Shown: positions 13,159 through 50,159, counted from the stretch's first letter. The stretch is 64,000 bases of DNA from Tubulanus polymorphus (GCF_964204645.1 NC_134033.1:12594655-12658654); one strand, 5' to 3'. Numbers and translations are program-made. Notes: generated by a model from the sequence alone, not told the origin.

Positions 13159-14470
13159 TATTTTATCCGTATTGAGATTGAGTATGTATTTAAATTCCAA
13201 TTACCAAAAGAAATATCTAGTTTTATATCTGAACATCTGTTCTTTTTCCAACAGATACTGAATGCAACGAGTTTTCAATTGTCAAATATCAATATCCACA
13301 ATACAGCAAAATCAGGTCCTTCCGAAGAGTTTCCACGCAATAATTCAAACGATATATATTTCCATGGAAGTATGAACTAACGATATTTCCAATTTACATA
13401 TTATATCCCCAAAGCCTGGCACTTTAATACTGGAGTCCTTTAAGCATTGACTGGTTTAGCTTATATATACGTATTTAGACTGTACATATATTATTTATAC
13501 ATATTCTATGCTTACGCGGAGCCTAGCTACAAAAACACTGACACGCGAAAATATTCGTCAAATTATCTACGCATAATTACATAGTATATGTCGATGAAAG
13601 AATTGAGAGAACGGCTGTAAATTACACATAAGTTCCACCAATTAGCAATTATGCCTTAATCAGATACGCCGATGAGTATTTAAGGTCGAATTCTCGAATA
13701 TAAATACCGCAGACTTTAAATACTAGTAAAAATACAATCCGGTTTTCGTTGTTCGTATCGCGACGCGATAAATAACAGATCAGTCCTATAGCGGCAGGTG
13801 CTAGTCCGGGCACCGGTTTTGATATGAATATTTCTCTGAAATTACGGCGATAGAAATTCATTTCAATGTCGATAATGTCGAAGCGTTTGTTTATTACTCG
13901 CGCGCCAGGGCTTGTTTTGAAGCAGTACTGGTGTCGCTACACCGCGGTGAAAAAGGCAAATGTCCTAACGAAACTGTTACTAAAGCCACATGCGCACTCG
14001 CTAGTTAGTCCGGTACCTTAGCCAGTACCTGAGACGTACCCGAACGCACGGCCGCTACGCGTTCACACAAGTTTTGGTCGTTCTTGGTTTCAAACGAAAC
14101 GACTGTCCGATTCAACCTGCTGTGTTGTTGCAGGTTCTCTCGAACCGATGCATCCGCTATAATGGATCCAGCAGTTTCGCAGTACTTTTTCTAGATTCAA
14201 GCGTCGATCGACAAACCCAAGCCCGACCGGGTTCCAAATAGGTTCCACAGTGCATTAACGAACGAAGATATTGAGAAACGATGTTACGAATTATTGAAAA
14301 TAATCCGAATTTGATAACATGAAGTCGAATCTTCAACCAGCAACAACACAAGAACAACATCCCGGAGCTCATGGGTTTTAAAACTGCGTAAAAATGAGAA
14401 GCAACTATCGAAGTATGAACTATTGCTTTCAATCAAACCGCTATCTGTGGTAGTTTTCTGGTGTATTTAC

Positions 14471-14528
14471 CTGTCGACTGCTTGCGAATTCCTTTCGTAT
14501 TCCAAAGAAAAACGCGTGACTGCGCCAT
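14471..14528 (-). CDS. Candidate alternative first coding exon of BOK (MAQSRVFLWNTKGIRKQST-G)
   Basis: ATG-initiated, 58 nt, donor CAG|GTAAAT, phase 1 matching the 12519 acceptor. Confidence 0.4.
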
Positions 14529-15685
14529 ATTTCTAAGTCACTGTATGTTATAGCAACCTGTAATGCAAACGTCTCCCAATCCATTAGTGTTGATGATGTT
14601 GACTGCGTGTTTATCATTACTATACGACCATTAAACGTTAACTACCAAGAGACGCTAATTACCCGAAAAGTTCATTGGTGAGGTCAAAATTTCCGCAGCT
14701 GACGATGATTGCGAGATTATCCACGACGCATTGATGGCCATAGCGGATATGACGCGTGAAAGCTGCAGAACGGAACGGAGGAGGGCTGCATATACGGGGA
14801 TCTCAGTGCACAACACCGTGAAGTAAACCGCGCCGCCATCAGACGCAATTACAGCAGCAGAAATTGAAATGAAATTGTATACTACACCGCGTATTAAAAC
14901 GGTAAAAGGTATATAGGACCACATATACATGGCTATTGATCCTGAAAACTTCAAAAATGTAGATTAAAATTTGTAAGAATTACGAACTTTTGAATGAGAT
15001 GAGCAATAATTCAAGTTGAATTATCGGGAAGACGATATCAATGTTTATAACTTCACCAGTGCGCATTGTTGCATTAACTTAACAAATGAGTGATATCGTA
15101 AAAAAGTTTATTATCAGCCGAGTTCATCGATATTTTTACTTTGTTTCTATCTTAATCAAATCCAGAGATATGAACGAAATAAAAAAATTAAACAGGAGAA
15201 AAATAGGGACAAAAAATTCAACAATGCGGACCCGGCGGGTACCCGAAAAATTGGCGCCTGGAAACTGTAAAAAGGCTTATTCGCTCGATTCAGTGAGCTA
15301 GACTTTCGATATATCAGAACGTACGTAGTTCAAGGGCCTTGAATTTAATTCGGTGTGAATCAGTGTGCACCAGTTTTGTGTGATCTGTTTACAGTTGTAC
15401 AATCGGTGACACTCTGGATCTAGGTCCATTATGTCGGTTTCAGTTGACCCATGACTCATAAATCCATTATATCATCCACTATATAGTACTATGCCGTTCA
15501 TATAAATGTTCTTTCTAATTGCTTTTCGTTGATTCCTTCTCTTTTTTATTTTCATATCATTGACAGTAACTTGATTATGGCGAAACTTAAACCTATCCAC
15601 GAAACGCCTCGTCAGATGTAAATTTTTGAACAAAAGTGATTTCATCCACAACGAATGACCGATCACGCTATTACATGTTACGTAC

Positions 15686-15857
15686 CTTTATAAGTGGCTA
15701 AAATGCATTTCTTCCAAACAAACCGAGCGATTTTTTCGCTACGTCTTTGAAAATGGTCGGCATAGTCGAGTTTGACGTATTTCTTCTTTTCCGCTTCCCT
15801 GAGAACTTCCAGAAACGCCGGTGCCCGAGACACCCTGCGCGTTCGCCCGAGATCCAT
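15686..15857 (-). CDS. Candidate alternative first coding exon of BOK (MDLGRTRRVSRAPAFLEVL...ATYK-G)
   Basis: Acceptor TTGACAG before 15879, ATG at 15857, 172 nt, donor AAG|GTACGT, phase 1; protein-like composition. Confidence 0.55.
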
Positions 15858-17851
15858 TGATCGAAATTCGTACTTTTTCCTGTCAACGAAAGGAAATACG
15901 AAATCTAAATACATTTCAAAGCTCAAATTCTTTCGAAGCGTTAATAAACTTCTATGGATACAACCGTTAACCCGTTTTATGGCTCAGATATCTTTAGTAA
16001 TCCATACAAACCGCAAATGTCATAAAAATCAGAACAACGCCAATGAGTCAATGAGAAATGCCGTCTGTTTTGAGTTGTTTCACAATAATGTTCTAATCCC
16101 CGAAACTTAATAATGATATTTGGAGAATTGTAGCCAAAAACGCAACCTGGCATGTCGGGAGAAGTACGAACGCCCTTGTGAAATGTGACATTCGATATAT
16201 CATACACGTACATTGGATCGGGAATCAATAACAGAGCTGGATCGATCTCGGTTTGTATTTCAAGAGATCGTGCGAAACGGGATCACAAGCGGCACGTGAT
16301 GACAACAACAGGCGTTCGATACAAATAACGCTACAATAAACCCAGATTTGTAGCCAATTGCGATCAATTCGAAGATTTACAAATCTATTTATCTATCGAT
16401 GACATAAAGAAAACTAGATTTAATATTCACGTTATACGTGTATATATTCAAGTAACGTACCTGGCGAATACCTCTAAAAGATGTGTACCGTTTATATGTA
16501 TTCGAAGTCCCGTAATGCTATCGTTTGGTATGCGACGTTTTTGCATAGATATGAGGAGAATATGGTGATAGTACACGCTAGATAGATATGTTTGATCAGT
16601 GCCGTATGACATGTGACCCCATTTGACGAACACTTGTCATTTTTCGCGCCATTTGACTACATAGGACAGTTACTCGTGAGAACTGTTACTCGTGGTAACA
16701 GGTTGGTATTGTAGGTCTATGTCGCGAAGTAACACGTGGATCTATACCCGCATTATGAGACTGGTGTTCTAATGAGCCTGGTTCTAATTGAAGAGAGAGG
16801 CGCTGAGAGGCGCTAACAAATAGAAGTTTTGCTTAAATCTAATTAGATCAACATATAGTTAGGAACAATTTCAATATCGCTGTTGTTTAAGTGATTTTTA
16901 ACACTAGCGAAATTCAAAGTTCTACTTTCTGGAGTTCCATTCTCGATAATCATCTCAAACCATAGGACCAACCAGCAGTTGACCCCTGTACCGTGGCAAA
17001 CCAACCAAAAATGGAGATATCCTTCCTAGGACCGACACGGATAGCTCGAAGTGTTAGTTCCAATCCTGATCCCCGCTGTCACAGATTGGGGAAGTCAAAA
17101 TATAAATCCTAAGATCGCTACGTGTTTCTGTTAGTCCCTGCTGGTGACAGATTGCGATCAGATTCGCGTGTCAACACAAATCGATATATCTGTGTATCAT
17201 AAATTGAACAGATTTTTTTATCTTGGTAGATCGACTGAGCGTATATCTAAGGCGGAATGAATAGCTCGCACGTTTTGTCTTTAATATCTGAACGAGAAGC
17301 TTGAAAATGATTCAAAAATACGTATTTTGATACGAATGAGGCTGAAGTGTTCCGGTAATGCTTTAGACAAGTTTTAATTACTTAAACAATCTGTAAAAGT
17401 ATGGCAAATATGGCATGTATATACGCAGATACGCGGTTTCTAGATTCCCGTGCGATTTTCTTTGAAAGAGCGACTAACGTGTATTCATTTTCCCTCCTTA
17501 TTGAACGCGCAACACTATTGAGCGTTGAGGTTATTTCAACATTTGGTTTTGTTGTTTCGATATTTGCCACAGCCTGCGCTCGAATATTGCATTGCGACCA
17601 TAACGCCATATGTCGCCCGCCAGACGATACGCGCGCGTTGGTTTCCCATTTCCTCACAAATCAAAAACTGTTTTCAATCACGCCCGTGCGGTGTATGTTT
17701 GTGCACAAACTACGCACTAGGAACTAGACGGAAATATCTCGTCAAAACAACGGGACTTTACTTTAAACCTCTACAACAAAGAAAGAAATAGGAATTGTAT
17801 AACTGGTCTGTATCTTTGCAAAATACGACGAAAGAGGGATTTGTTGAAAAC

Positions 17852-18826
17852 ATGTTTAGCATGACGAGGAAAGTGCGGTTGCCGGGTGTGTTGATTACAG
17901 CGCTGGTTCTAGTACTCATCATCGTTTTAATGATGTTCGGCCGAGGCTATTTAGACGCCGATGCCCTGGCGATTGTTTCCGAAAAAGAAGCCGTCATCGA
18001 AAGGCCGCTACCAGGCCGCGGACTGTTGAAGGAATACGTCACCGATAAAATGAAATTCGTCTCGCAAAACGTGTCGTACACGTTCGAGCCGGGTTTGAGT
18101 AGAGTCGAGAGAATGAAATACATTTCTCTGATAAAAACCATTCACGGTCTGCTGGTCGACAACCGTATCGAATACATGATACATTTCGGGACTCTGTTAG
18201 GCGCGTATCGCCATCACGGGTTCGTACCGTGGGACGACGATTTCGACGTGCTCGTAAAACAGTCCGAAAAACTTCGTTTGGTAGATATATTCAAGCGGGC
18301 GCCCACGGTGAGAGCCTACTATATGCAGGACGAACAGTTCTTCAGGGTATACATACGCGACGAGCCTGTCGTGAATCGTCGGCCTTATTCGTGGCCTTTC
18401 GTCGATGTTTTCATGTACGAAGAATTCGGGGATATCATCCACGACATCTCGAAAGTACAAAATCATTACTGGGCGGATAAGAAATTGATTTTCCCCTTGG
18501 TCGAAGTGCCGTTCGAAGAACTGTGGTTACCGGCGCCGAAATATATGTCGAAAGTACTGGATCTTATGTTTACCATGTCTAACTATAACGATTATTGCGC
18601 CCGAGGCGGCGAGAATCATAAAACGGGCGAAAATCGACATAAAATCAGGTTACTGTGCCACGAAGTGAAACCGCGTCACCCGTTTGTCATGCGCACCTGT
18701 CTAAACGACACCGTCACCGAATCTCTCGTGGTCGGCGATGTAGTTTTGCACAAGTGGAAATATTTGAAAAAGTCGAACGTAGTTCCGCAGGACGATTCGA
18801 TGGTTTGCGATGATGACGATGACTAA
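17852..18826 (+). CDS. LicD-family (fukutin/FKRP-related) phosphotransferase, type II membrane protein, intronless CDS
   Basis: N-terminal TM (VLITALVLVLIIVLMMF); LicD motifs GTLLGAYRHHGFVPWDDDFDV, PFVDVF and IFPLVEVPFEELWLPAP. Start could be 17852 or 17861. Confidence 0.9.
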   Translation: MFSMTRKVRLPGVLITALVLVLIIVLMMFGRGYLDADALAIVSEKEAVIERPLPGRGLLKEYVTDKMKFVSQNVSYTFEPGLSRVERMKYISLIKTIHGLLVDNRIEYMIHFGTLLGAYRHHGFVPWDDDFDVLVKQSEKLRLVDIFKRAPTVRAYYMQDEQFFRVYIRDEPVVNRRPYSWPFVDVFMYEEFGDIIHDISKVQNHYWADKKLIFPLVEVPFEELWLPAPKYMSKVLDLMFTMSNYNDYCARGGENHKTGENRHKIRLLCHEVKPRHPFVMRTCLNDTVTESLVVGDVVLHKWKYLKKSNVVPQDDSMVCDDDDD

Positions 18827-18843
18827 ATATGTATATGAATATA

Positions 18844-19089
18844 GCCTCGTCTACACTTGCTTCTTAGACCCGAGCTATGCATCTACAATACGCAAAAAAC
18901 ATGGGTTCAATGCATAGTTAACCGTAAAACCCGCATTGTAGAAACTCTTCTTGTCAAAAGAAGGACCACAACCCGCAGCATTAAACCCCACGTTCGCATC
19001 GGATGCATCTAGTTTACACGGTAAACCCGTGTTCAATGCAGCATGTTCGAAGAGCAAAATTGGTGTAATGAGCTAGTGTAGACGTAGCT
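18844..19089. mobile_element. MITE with TIR AGC(C/T)(T/A)CGTCTACACT, immediately 3' of LicD
   Basis: AGCCTCGTCTACACT ... AGTGTAGACGTAGCT inverted ends with internal subrepeats (TTCAATGCA, AACCCG). Confidence 0.55.
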
Positions 19090-20592
19090 TCTATATAATT
19101 AGCTCAATGCCATGATACAAAAAGGACTTAAAATGAAAATTTAAAACGCAGCTGCTCTCTCTCTCTCTTTCTCGTCACAGCTGTGAAGGGAAGGGTCGCC
19201 GAGAACTCGTTTGGTGATTACGAGGAAGCTGTGTCGACGGTCATGCTGGTCTCCCGCGACAGCTGTAAAAAGCCGAAGATGGTCACCAAGAGTCCAGTGG
19301 TCTATTTGGTCTCTCTCCTACACTGGTCCACCATGGACCCATGGTCATGTTACTAGGAAAACAGACATGTTCCAAGTGATTCAAATTATTACTTAGAATA
19401 TTTTTATCGTTCTCTGGGCTCCTTTTAGATGTGGTATTAGCAGGTCTTGTATTAATGTATGTATATATATATATATATGGACAGAGTAAGGATCGGGTAA
19501 GTATCACAGTTATGTTTATGTTTTATGATTTTGAGAGCGTGGAACGGATCCCTGTCTTTTTGAGATTATGGCAATTTCAAGGCTAACGTATGCGGGTTTG
19601 AATTCAGCTGTACTGTGACGGCTTGTCTTGCGATGCTGAGCACCGTTTCCCGAAACCCGCCAGCGACGGTAATCAGCGCACATTTCCTACCATGTTGAAA
19701 CCGATCGCGTCGTGTTCACACCGCTCTCAAGTAAACAGATCAGATCCAAGGGGAACTATATCATGTGAAAGATTAAATATATATTTGTTATTATATACCG
19801 TGTAATTAATTAATGTATATAAATATAATGAAATATAATGAAATTTTATTTTTTTTCCGGGATTTCCTTTAATACTTAGAAACACTATTATATAATTCAC
19901 AAGCAACTTATACGGGCCGGATAGTAAACATGTCAGACTCGAAGGGGACAATATCTCATGTTTTTTCTTTGCCGTTATTATTTAAAATTTTCTGAAAGAA
20001 AAGAATTTGTTATAAACATCTTTTGATCGGTGTGTAATTAGCCAGAGTTCAATAAAAAAAGTTTATCTAACGAGTTAATTTTTCACCAGTTTGATTTTCG
20101 GGTTTTTTCTTTTACACTCAGATACTCGCAAACAATCTACGGGACAGCGAAGTGTCGGAAATGCAGGATAAGAGAATAATTTTTGAACTTGGGCCAGACA
20201 ATGAACTTTAGTCCTGCCCCCGTCGGTTTCTGAAGCGAAAATCTAATAAGATATCTAGATTTTCAGCGACCAGATTCACAGAAAATATCACTACTAATTT
20301 GGAAAATTATTATCATTTAATTTTTGAGTTTGTAAAAGATACAAGAAATGACACACGCTAGTGCTTTTTTCCCAAACGAATTTTGTGCAGGCGGCGCAGG
20401 ACAGGCGACCAGTCTAATGCAGGTGGTACAGGCGACCAGTCTACCGCTGAGCCAGTTGAATAAGTGGGATTCGAACCTACTCGACACCGGCTTCAATTTA
20501 ATTCAATGAGGAATATATTGCTCAAGGAAAGAAGACGCCGGTGTGCACAATAATTAAAATTCATTACAAAGCCCAAATATTATAGATGCAAA

Positions 20593-23500
20593 ATGAATCC
20601 TATGAGGTAAGAAATTGAAATTTTAATCAATTACAAATTTCTAATCCATTGATAACGACTGCGATTTCGCGTTGTCGACGAAAATGAGCAGAAAAGACAA
20701 ATTTAAAAGAAACTTTATTACAAATCAAAGTGGCTCGTTTCTGAAGGGGGTGAACTGTAGCTTAGATTATCCCTGGTACTATGGATACTTGATGATCTAA
20801 GCTACAGTTCAACTTCAAACTCCAAACTTCAGATATGAGCCCATGTGACTGTGTTGTGTATAAATGAAATGACATTTAAGTGAACGAAAATGTCCAACAA
20901 ACACACACAGTACACACGACACGACACGGACTTGTCGCAATATGTTAATAGATGGATGGATGATATCAGATATGAGTGTCCTGGGTTCTAACCCTGGTGG
21001 CGACAGAGGTTTTTGGTCGAAGGTCTCATTCCCCATTGGGATAAAGAAACATCGAACCTGTTAATAATGCCCTGCGTGGCTGGCGCTTAGCGGCTTGAGG
21101 GTATTACAAAAAAGTGTCCCTGTATACCAACACCCGGTAGTCTGAATACCAGTCGTTGTTACGGATTCCCTACAACCCTTGTTTGTGGAACGACGGCTAG
21201 CACTACCCGGTATCACGTGAAGCTGGATCTGGAGGCTGTATTCCGCCCGCTCTTGTAGGCTATAGGGTCTATATGTATTGTTTGTTTTTTTTTTCTAGCA
21301 ATGTAAAAGGTATCGAGCGGATGAACAAGAGAGAACTAGATTTAGGGTTATCCGGTACGAGCACGTCGTGGCACGCTAAATATAAAGACAGCGCTTGGAT
21401 ATTCATCGGCGGGTTACCTTATGATTTGACAGAAGGCGACGTCATTTGTGTGTTTTCCCAGTAAGTAAATAGTCATCTAAGGGAGGATGCTGTGCTGTGC
21501 TGCATCTGAGCCAATTTTGAAACTGGGACTCAGGGTGACCCCCCCCCCCCCTGGGAAACTCAGAGAATCTTGAAAAATCTGGGAATTCTTAGAGATTTGG
21601 CAAATTTTACCAAAACCTAGAAAATCTCTGCGAATTTGGATAATACTATCAAGCGTGTGTCTCTTGATAAATATGCGATTTAATGTAAAATAAATGAATT
21701 GTAAAATTTTAACCTAGAAATTCCTTAGATTCACTTAGTAGATTTTGTTAATCCTAGTTTGCCCGAATTGAGCTTGGTTAACCGTGCTGTAGGGATTACT
21801 GAAATAAACAGGACACTCACATTTTAAATGTTCATCCGCGATTAAAGATTGTTTCTCTTCTTCCTTTTATCTAAAATCTGTCTAGGTACGGCGAAATTGT
21901 GAACATCAACTTGGTTCGCGATAAGAAAACCGGTAAAAGTCTCGGATATGGTTTTATTTGTTATGAAGACACACGTAGTCCAATACTGGCTGTCGATAAC
22001 TTTAACGGAATAAAGGTAAAGCCCGTATGAATGTAGAGTTTAGAATGTGCAGATCCATGGTTTGGTGAAAAAATGATATACCTTGTTTCTCATAATCGGC
22101 CGGGTCATTTTGTAAACCACGATAAGATTTGTAATCAGTTCATTTCTAGATCTGTTATGGTTAAATGATAAAATGCATTTCCACATCTGTTATGGTTAAC
22201 CTGATCATCATTTTAAGAAAGTTTATGTAGAGGATAGATAGGTGGCCGGCCGGGTCAACTTTTAGCCTCAGCAGAAATGAGAAACAAGGTATCAATGTTT
22301 TTCAGTCTTAAGACTATAAAGACAGAATTGGAAGAAACTTTATGGCACTTTCTTAAAATGAGGATTCTTCATATATGAACCGATTTGAGATTGTTTGAAT
22401 GATCTAGGACTTAAATCCTGAGCGGACTTAGGATCTGATTCAGGGTGGGGTGTACACTCAAAATAAGGGCATTTAATTAAAAGGACACCTCGAAAGAAAT
22501 CTCATTGGAAAACCTGGAAATACAGAACCAGCATATGAATTTAAACTTTTTAGGTAGCAATTTATTATTTTCATGACAAGTTGATATTTTTAGAGGTGCA
22601 TACTCCCTGCACTACACCCTCCCCATGGATCTGCACCGCTATTATATGGCATTCAGCTTTAGAACGCGCCATCAGAAATATGTCTAGCAAAGTTCTGAAG
22701 GGCATTTGAAGTTCCAGAAGATATCCTCCGGCAATAATGGCTTTTAATTTGTTGTACATTTTCTTTTCTCGCCCTGTTTAGTTGTTGAATCGCACGATCA
22801 GAGTCGACCACGTAGAGAATTACCGAGCGCCGAAAGAGGACGAAACGAGCACAACAGAATTGAAGAAACTGCGTCAGGACGGCTGCGCGCCTCAACTGAT
22901 CGTCGAGGAGGAGGAACCAGTCATTAAAAAACCCGTTAAAATCAAAGGTAGGTCCGATCGATTTTTTCGGGGAATGGGGTATCGGCACCACCAGATGTCG
23001 CAACGAAACGCTGGGTTATTCGTAGCGAAAAATCAATTCGCTTTCAATGATAATTGAACTTGATTTTTTTATGCTTCCGAATCTGAAAATTATCAAATGA
23101 ATCATTGGATCGATATAAGATTTCCTTTCTCACTCAGTGTATTGATTTCAATGAAAATTGATTTACCAATCAGAAAATATGACTCGAATTCGATTTAAGA
23201 TGTAGTAGAAATTGTAATAAAACCCCTCGAATTTTTGAAATTGTTGGTTCAGGAGGAACCCTGAGAACTGTACGGGTATCTGTGGTTGGTTGAGTTAAAT
23301 TTTTTCAAACGGAATATTTTTCAGTCGAAAAAGAGGAAAAGATTAAAAAGGAAAAGAAAGCCAAGAAGAAAAAGAAGAAACGTTCGTCGTCGCTGTCTTC
23401 ATCTGAAAGCATGCCGGACGAGAGTCGACACGCCAAACGGCGCCGTGGCACGCCATCGCCCCCTGGTGGCGGTGATCCAGTTCGAATAAAAACGGAAAAA

Positions 23501-23683
23501 ACAGATCGCGGATACGATCTGAATAGCGGACAATCGACGACGACGACGCGTGATTCACGGGGACGACCTGATTCCCGGACAGATCGGTCGCGCAGTTGTC
23601 ATTATTCACCGGAATATTCGACGAGTCACCGCTCTGCGAAACACGATAAATATTCTAAATCCGACAGACACAGAAAACGTTAA
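20593..23683 (+). CDS. RBMX2: RNA-binding motif protein X-linked 2 (Snu17/IST3, RES complex); exons 20593-20606, 21299-21460, 21886-22015, 22782-22947, 23325-23683
   Basis: MNPM(S)NVK...[50 protein letters not shown]...[18 protein letters not shown], then a Lys/Arg/Ser-rich tail; all junctions are GT-AG and phase-consistent. Confidence 0.95.
22067..22304. mobile_element. MITE with ~25-bp TIRs (TACCTTGTTTCTCAT core)
   Basis: TGAAAAAATGATATACCTTGTTTCTCAT ... ATGAGAAACAAGGTATCAATGTTTTTCA; a second copy lies at about 49455-49690. Confidence 0.65.
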
Positions 23684-23888
23684 TTACTGCCTGTTTAAAA
23701 TACACTTGTAAATACTAACTTACTAACTAACTGATTAAATGTCTTAGATGTTTAATTTTGTCGTTCATCTCTTTTTGAGCTCGGGGTTTGGAGAGAAATT
23801 GAGTTGTTCCACATCAATTTATTGGTTTGAATCCCATCTTTCAGTTTGTGCTTCTTCGTGGTGCTTTTTAGTACAACCCCTGGGTCTG

Positions 23889-23996
23889 GACCCAGTTTCA
23901 CAGTTGCGAGTTAGAGTTAACTCTAACTTAAAGTTAGTTCATTTTCAATAATGAGTTAACTCTGAGTCAAATCTTAACTCAGAACTGTGGAACTCC
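23889..23996. mobile_element. Harbinger-like MITE, CCAGTT(C/T)CACAGTT family
   Basis: Same TIR and internal GAGTTAACTC motifs as copies at 44574, 49557 and 61912. Confidence 0.65.
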
Positions 23997-24993
23997 ACTT
24001 CCGAATAGAGAAATAGATCTTCGTGGTTCGAACTCGTTTAATTCCATAAAACTAAAAATTACGAACACGATTCATTAATAAATTAATTACATATTTTATT
24101 ACATTAGAAAATATACAAGCTTCAATCAAACGTATCGCACACACGTTAATATATCTAACAAATGAAAACTTGAATCACCGGTTTATAGACTAGCTGACCA
24201 GATAGATTCATCTAAATATCATCGCCATGGCAATTGCTAGAATTATCAGCACCATAATTTATTCTCAGAATGAACAGGATTAACTTGAAACATTGGAAGA
24301 ACGACGGCCCTAGTACTGTGCTCAGGATGAATACTGTTAAAATATTGAATATTGTTAAAACGATAAATACCAGAAATTCGGATTTGATTTGATTGTAATG
24401 AATTTTTTGAAAAATGGCATGCAGAAATTTGTTGTACAATGAGCTTCCATTACAAGCCCTACAAAACAGGCACAAGATCTGAGAGGAGACAATGATCGAC
24501 CTAGTCCAACGTATCCTCCCTAAACAGGCCCATTGCACATGTGGGTGCTGTTTGACAAAACCAATCAAATTGCCTGTTCTATAGTAAATTCACGGACTGA
24601 ATGAATAGAATAAGAACCGAGCCTTAAATGACATTTGATACATGCGCTCTGGGTCTATTCAGGCTAGGGTTTCATTCACAAGTCAGGCACGAATATTTGC
24701 CAAATGGCAGCAAACCAGAGTTGCTACCAAAGAGTAGGCCTGCCATGGCCACATTACTTATACTAATATATTGCACATGTGTTGAGGACGAAGTTCAAAA
24801 ACGACTTGTGTGAAAATACTTTCAGTGTAAAAAATGTATTTGTTATCAAGTTACAGGGGATCAATTAACAACACTTACCAGCAGTTTACTGCTCAATACT
24901 TCAGAACATATGGCACTGTTTCTGAATGAAGTACATGTAATTGTATATTCTAAGCATAAACACTTCTTGCTAGTTAAAAAGCTCACAATAACT

Positions 24994-25411
24994 GGCCCAT
25001 AGCGCGAGGAATATGCGGGTGGGTTCGCTTTTAAACTGGTTTGAACAGAACGGGGTCCCCCAGAAAAATTTTGAGAAATTTGAAGCTCTGATATGGCATC
25101 CAAGTGATGCCCTTTGGTATAACGAAGGTTTGCTCAAATTTGATATAGAGTAAAATCTGCTCAATTCGGACCAAGAAAATTCATCCGGTTTATGGGAAAT
25201 CTGGGATAAAAGTAATTTTCTTATATACTAATGAACAAATGGACTGCAAATAGTGCCGGCATTAAACGAAAATCTGCATAAAGCCAATCCGAATTAAGCA
25301 GATATGTTTACATGTATTACGTTGTAGCGTAACGTTCCTGCTTAATATTTCCATTTGGGAGTGGGAGTAAATTTTCTCGGGCAGGGGTTTGACCCTCCCC
25401 CCGCTATGGGC
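24994..25411. mobile_element. Degenerate composite MITE in the ABCC5 3' UTR region
   Basis: Inverted ends GCCCATAGCG ... CGCTATGGGC. Confidence 0.35.
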
Positions 25412-25469
25412 TGGTATAAGTAACAATCAATACTGGCGCACACGCATCCAAAAACCAAATTAGTTATCG

Positions 25470-49019
<23,550 letters not shown>

Positions 49020-49454
49020 TTTGAGGATATTTTTGCGCTGAAAATAGATATGATATGAATATGAACATGGACCTCGAAACTGCATCCAAATCTCCAATCA
49101 CCTAAATTAAAACAACATTGGTTCCTTCGTCTTCAGTAGTCAAGCAACTGTATTTCAAATCGAAGAAAAACCCACAATTTGAAAAATAAAAAATTATGCG
49201 AGTAAAGATGTTTCGAGTGAATTCTATGAGCCATTTTTAAAACATCGAGATTGTTTTGATTTTTTTGGTTAGGGCCTATCTTTAATTGATCTATAGGAGT
49301 TAGGCTAATCCTTTTTGTGAAACAGGGCTTGGTGGCTCGAACCTACCACATTTCAAATTTCATATCGACAAATTCTGTTGCAATAAACTAAGTTGCCTAA
49401 AGAGAAATTAAAACCTCAGCTCATTCTCAAAAGTTGATGAAAGTTAAGGCTAAA

Positions 49455-49690
49455 TAATGATACCTTGTTCCTCCTAATCAGCCGGGAAACTTTTGTAAAC
49501 CTTTCATAAAAATTAATGTACAGAGTAGATAGGCAGCTAGCCGGGTGAACTTCTTGGGTCCAGTTCCACAGTTCGGAGTTAAGATTTAACTCATTGAAAA
49601 TGAACTAACTTTAACTCAGAGTTAACACTAACTCACAACTGTGGAACTGGGCCCTTAAGTTCAGCAGAAATGAGAAACAAGGCATTAAAT
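49455..49690. mobile_element. Nested MITEs: Harbinger-like copy (49557-49653) inserted in a copy of the 22067 family
   Basis: Outer TGATACCTTGTT...GAAACAAGGCATTA; inner GGTCCAGTTCCACAGTT...AACTGTGGAACTGGGCC. Confidence 0.7.
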
Positions 49691-50159
49691 CTTTTTAGCC
49701 TCACCATTGCATAAATAAACGCTTTATTTTCAATTGTTACTACATCAAATTCTAATCAACTGGCCCAGTTCTGATTTAGGCCTAAAACCAGTTAATTCTG
49801 TACCTTTGAACCCCAATTCAATAAATTAGATTAGTTCGGTGAAAAATCGATGTGCTATCTTTAAGTTTACATAAACATCAAGTTCAGCGTATATAACTAC
49901 AGTTAGGTAATTCTATATCTAACCAGACCTTGGCTGATCTAGTCCAGATTAAAGGGCCTATAGGCAAACACGTATTCAGGCCCCTCAGCAGACTTTCACA
50001 AAGAGAAAAGTACAAAGTTTGTTTGTTTTCACGCGTGGACATCGATCGAAATTCAATACCACGAATCACAAAGATTCTAAGGCCGACGTACCGAAATGCT
50101 TATATATAATCTTGACCAGTGACCTTAAACTTAAAACTGTAGAGGTTTTACAGAATCAG

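Noticed and set aside
14655-14954. 99-aa minus-strand ORF with phase 1-1 splice-like ends
   Set aside because: Weak donor and no recognisable homology; cannot be supported as a BOK exon.
20960-21180. Possible SINE in RBMX2 intron 1
   Set aside because: Only a degenerate B-box (GGTTCTAACCC) and no second copy in the window to define it.
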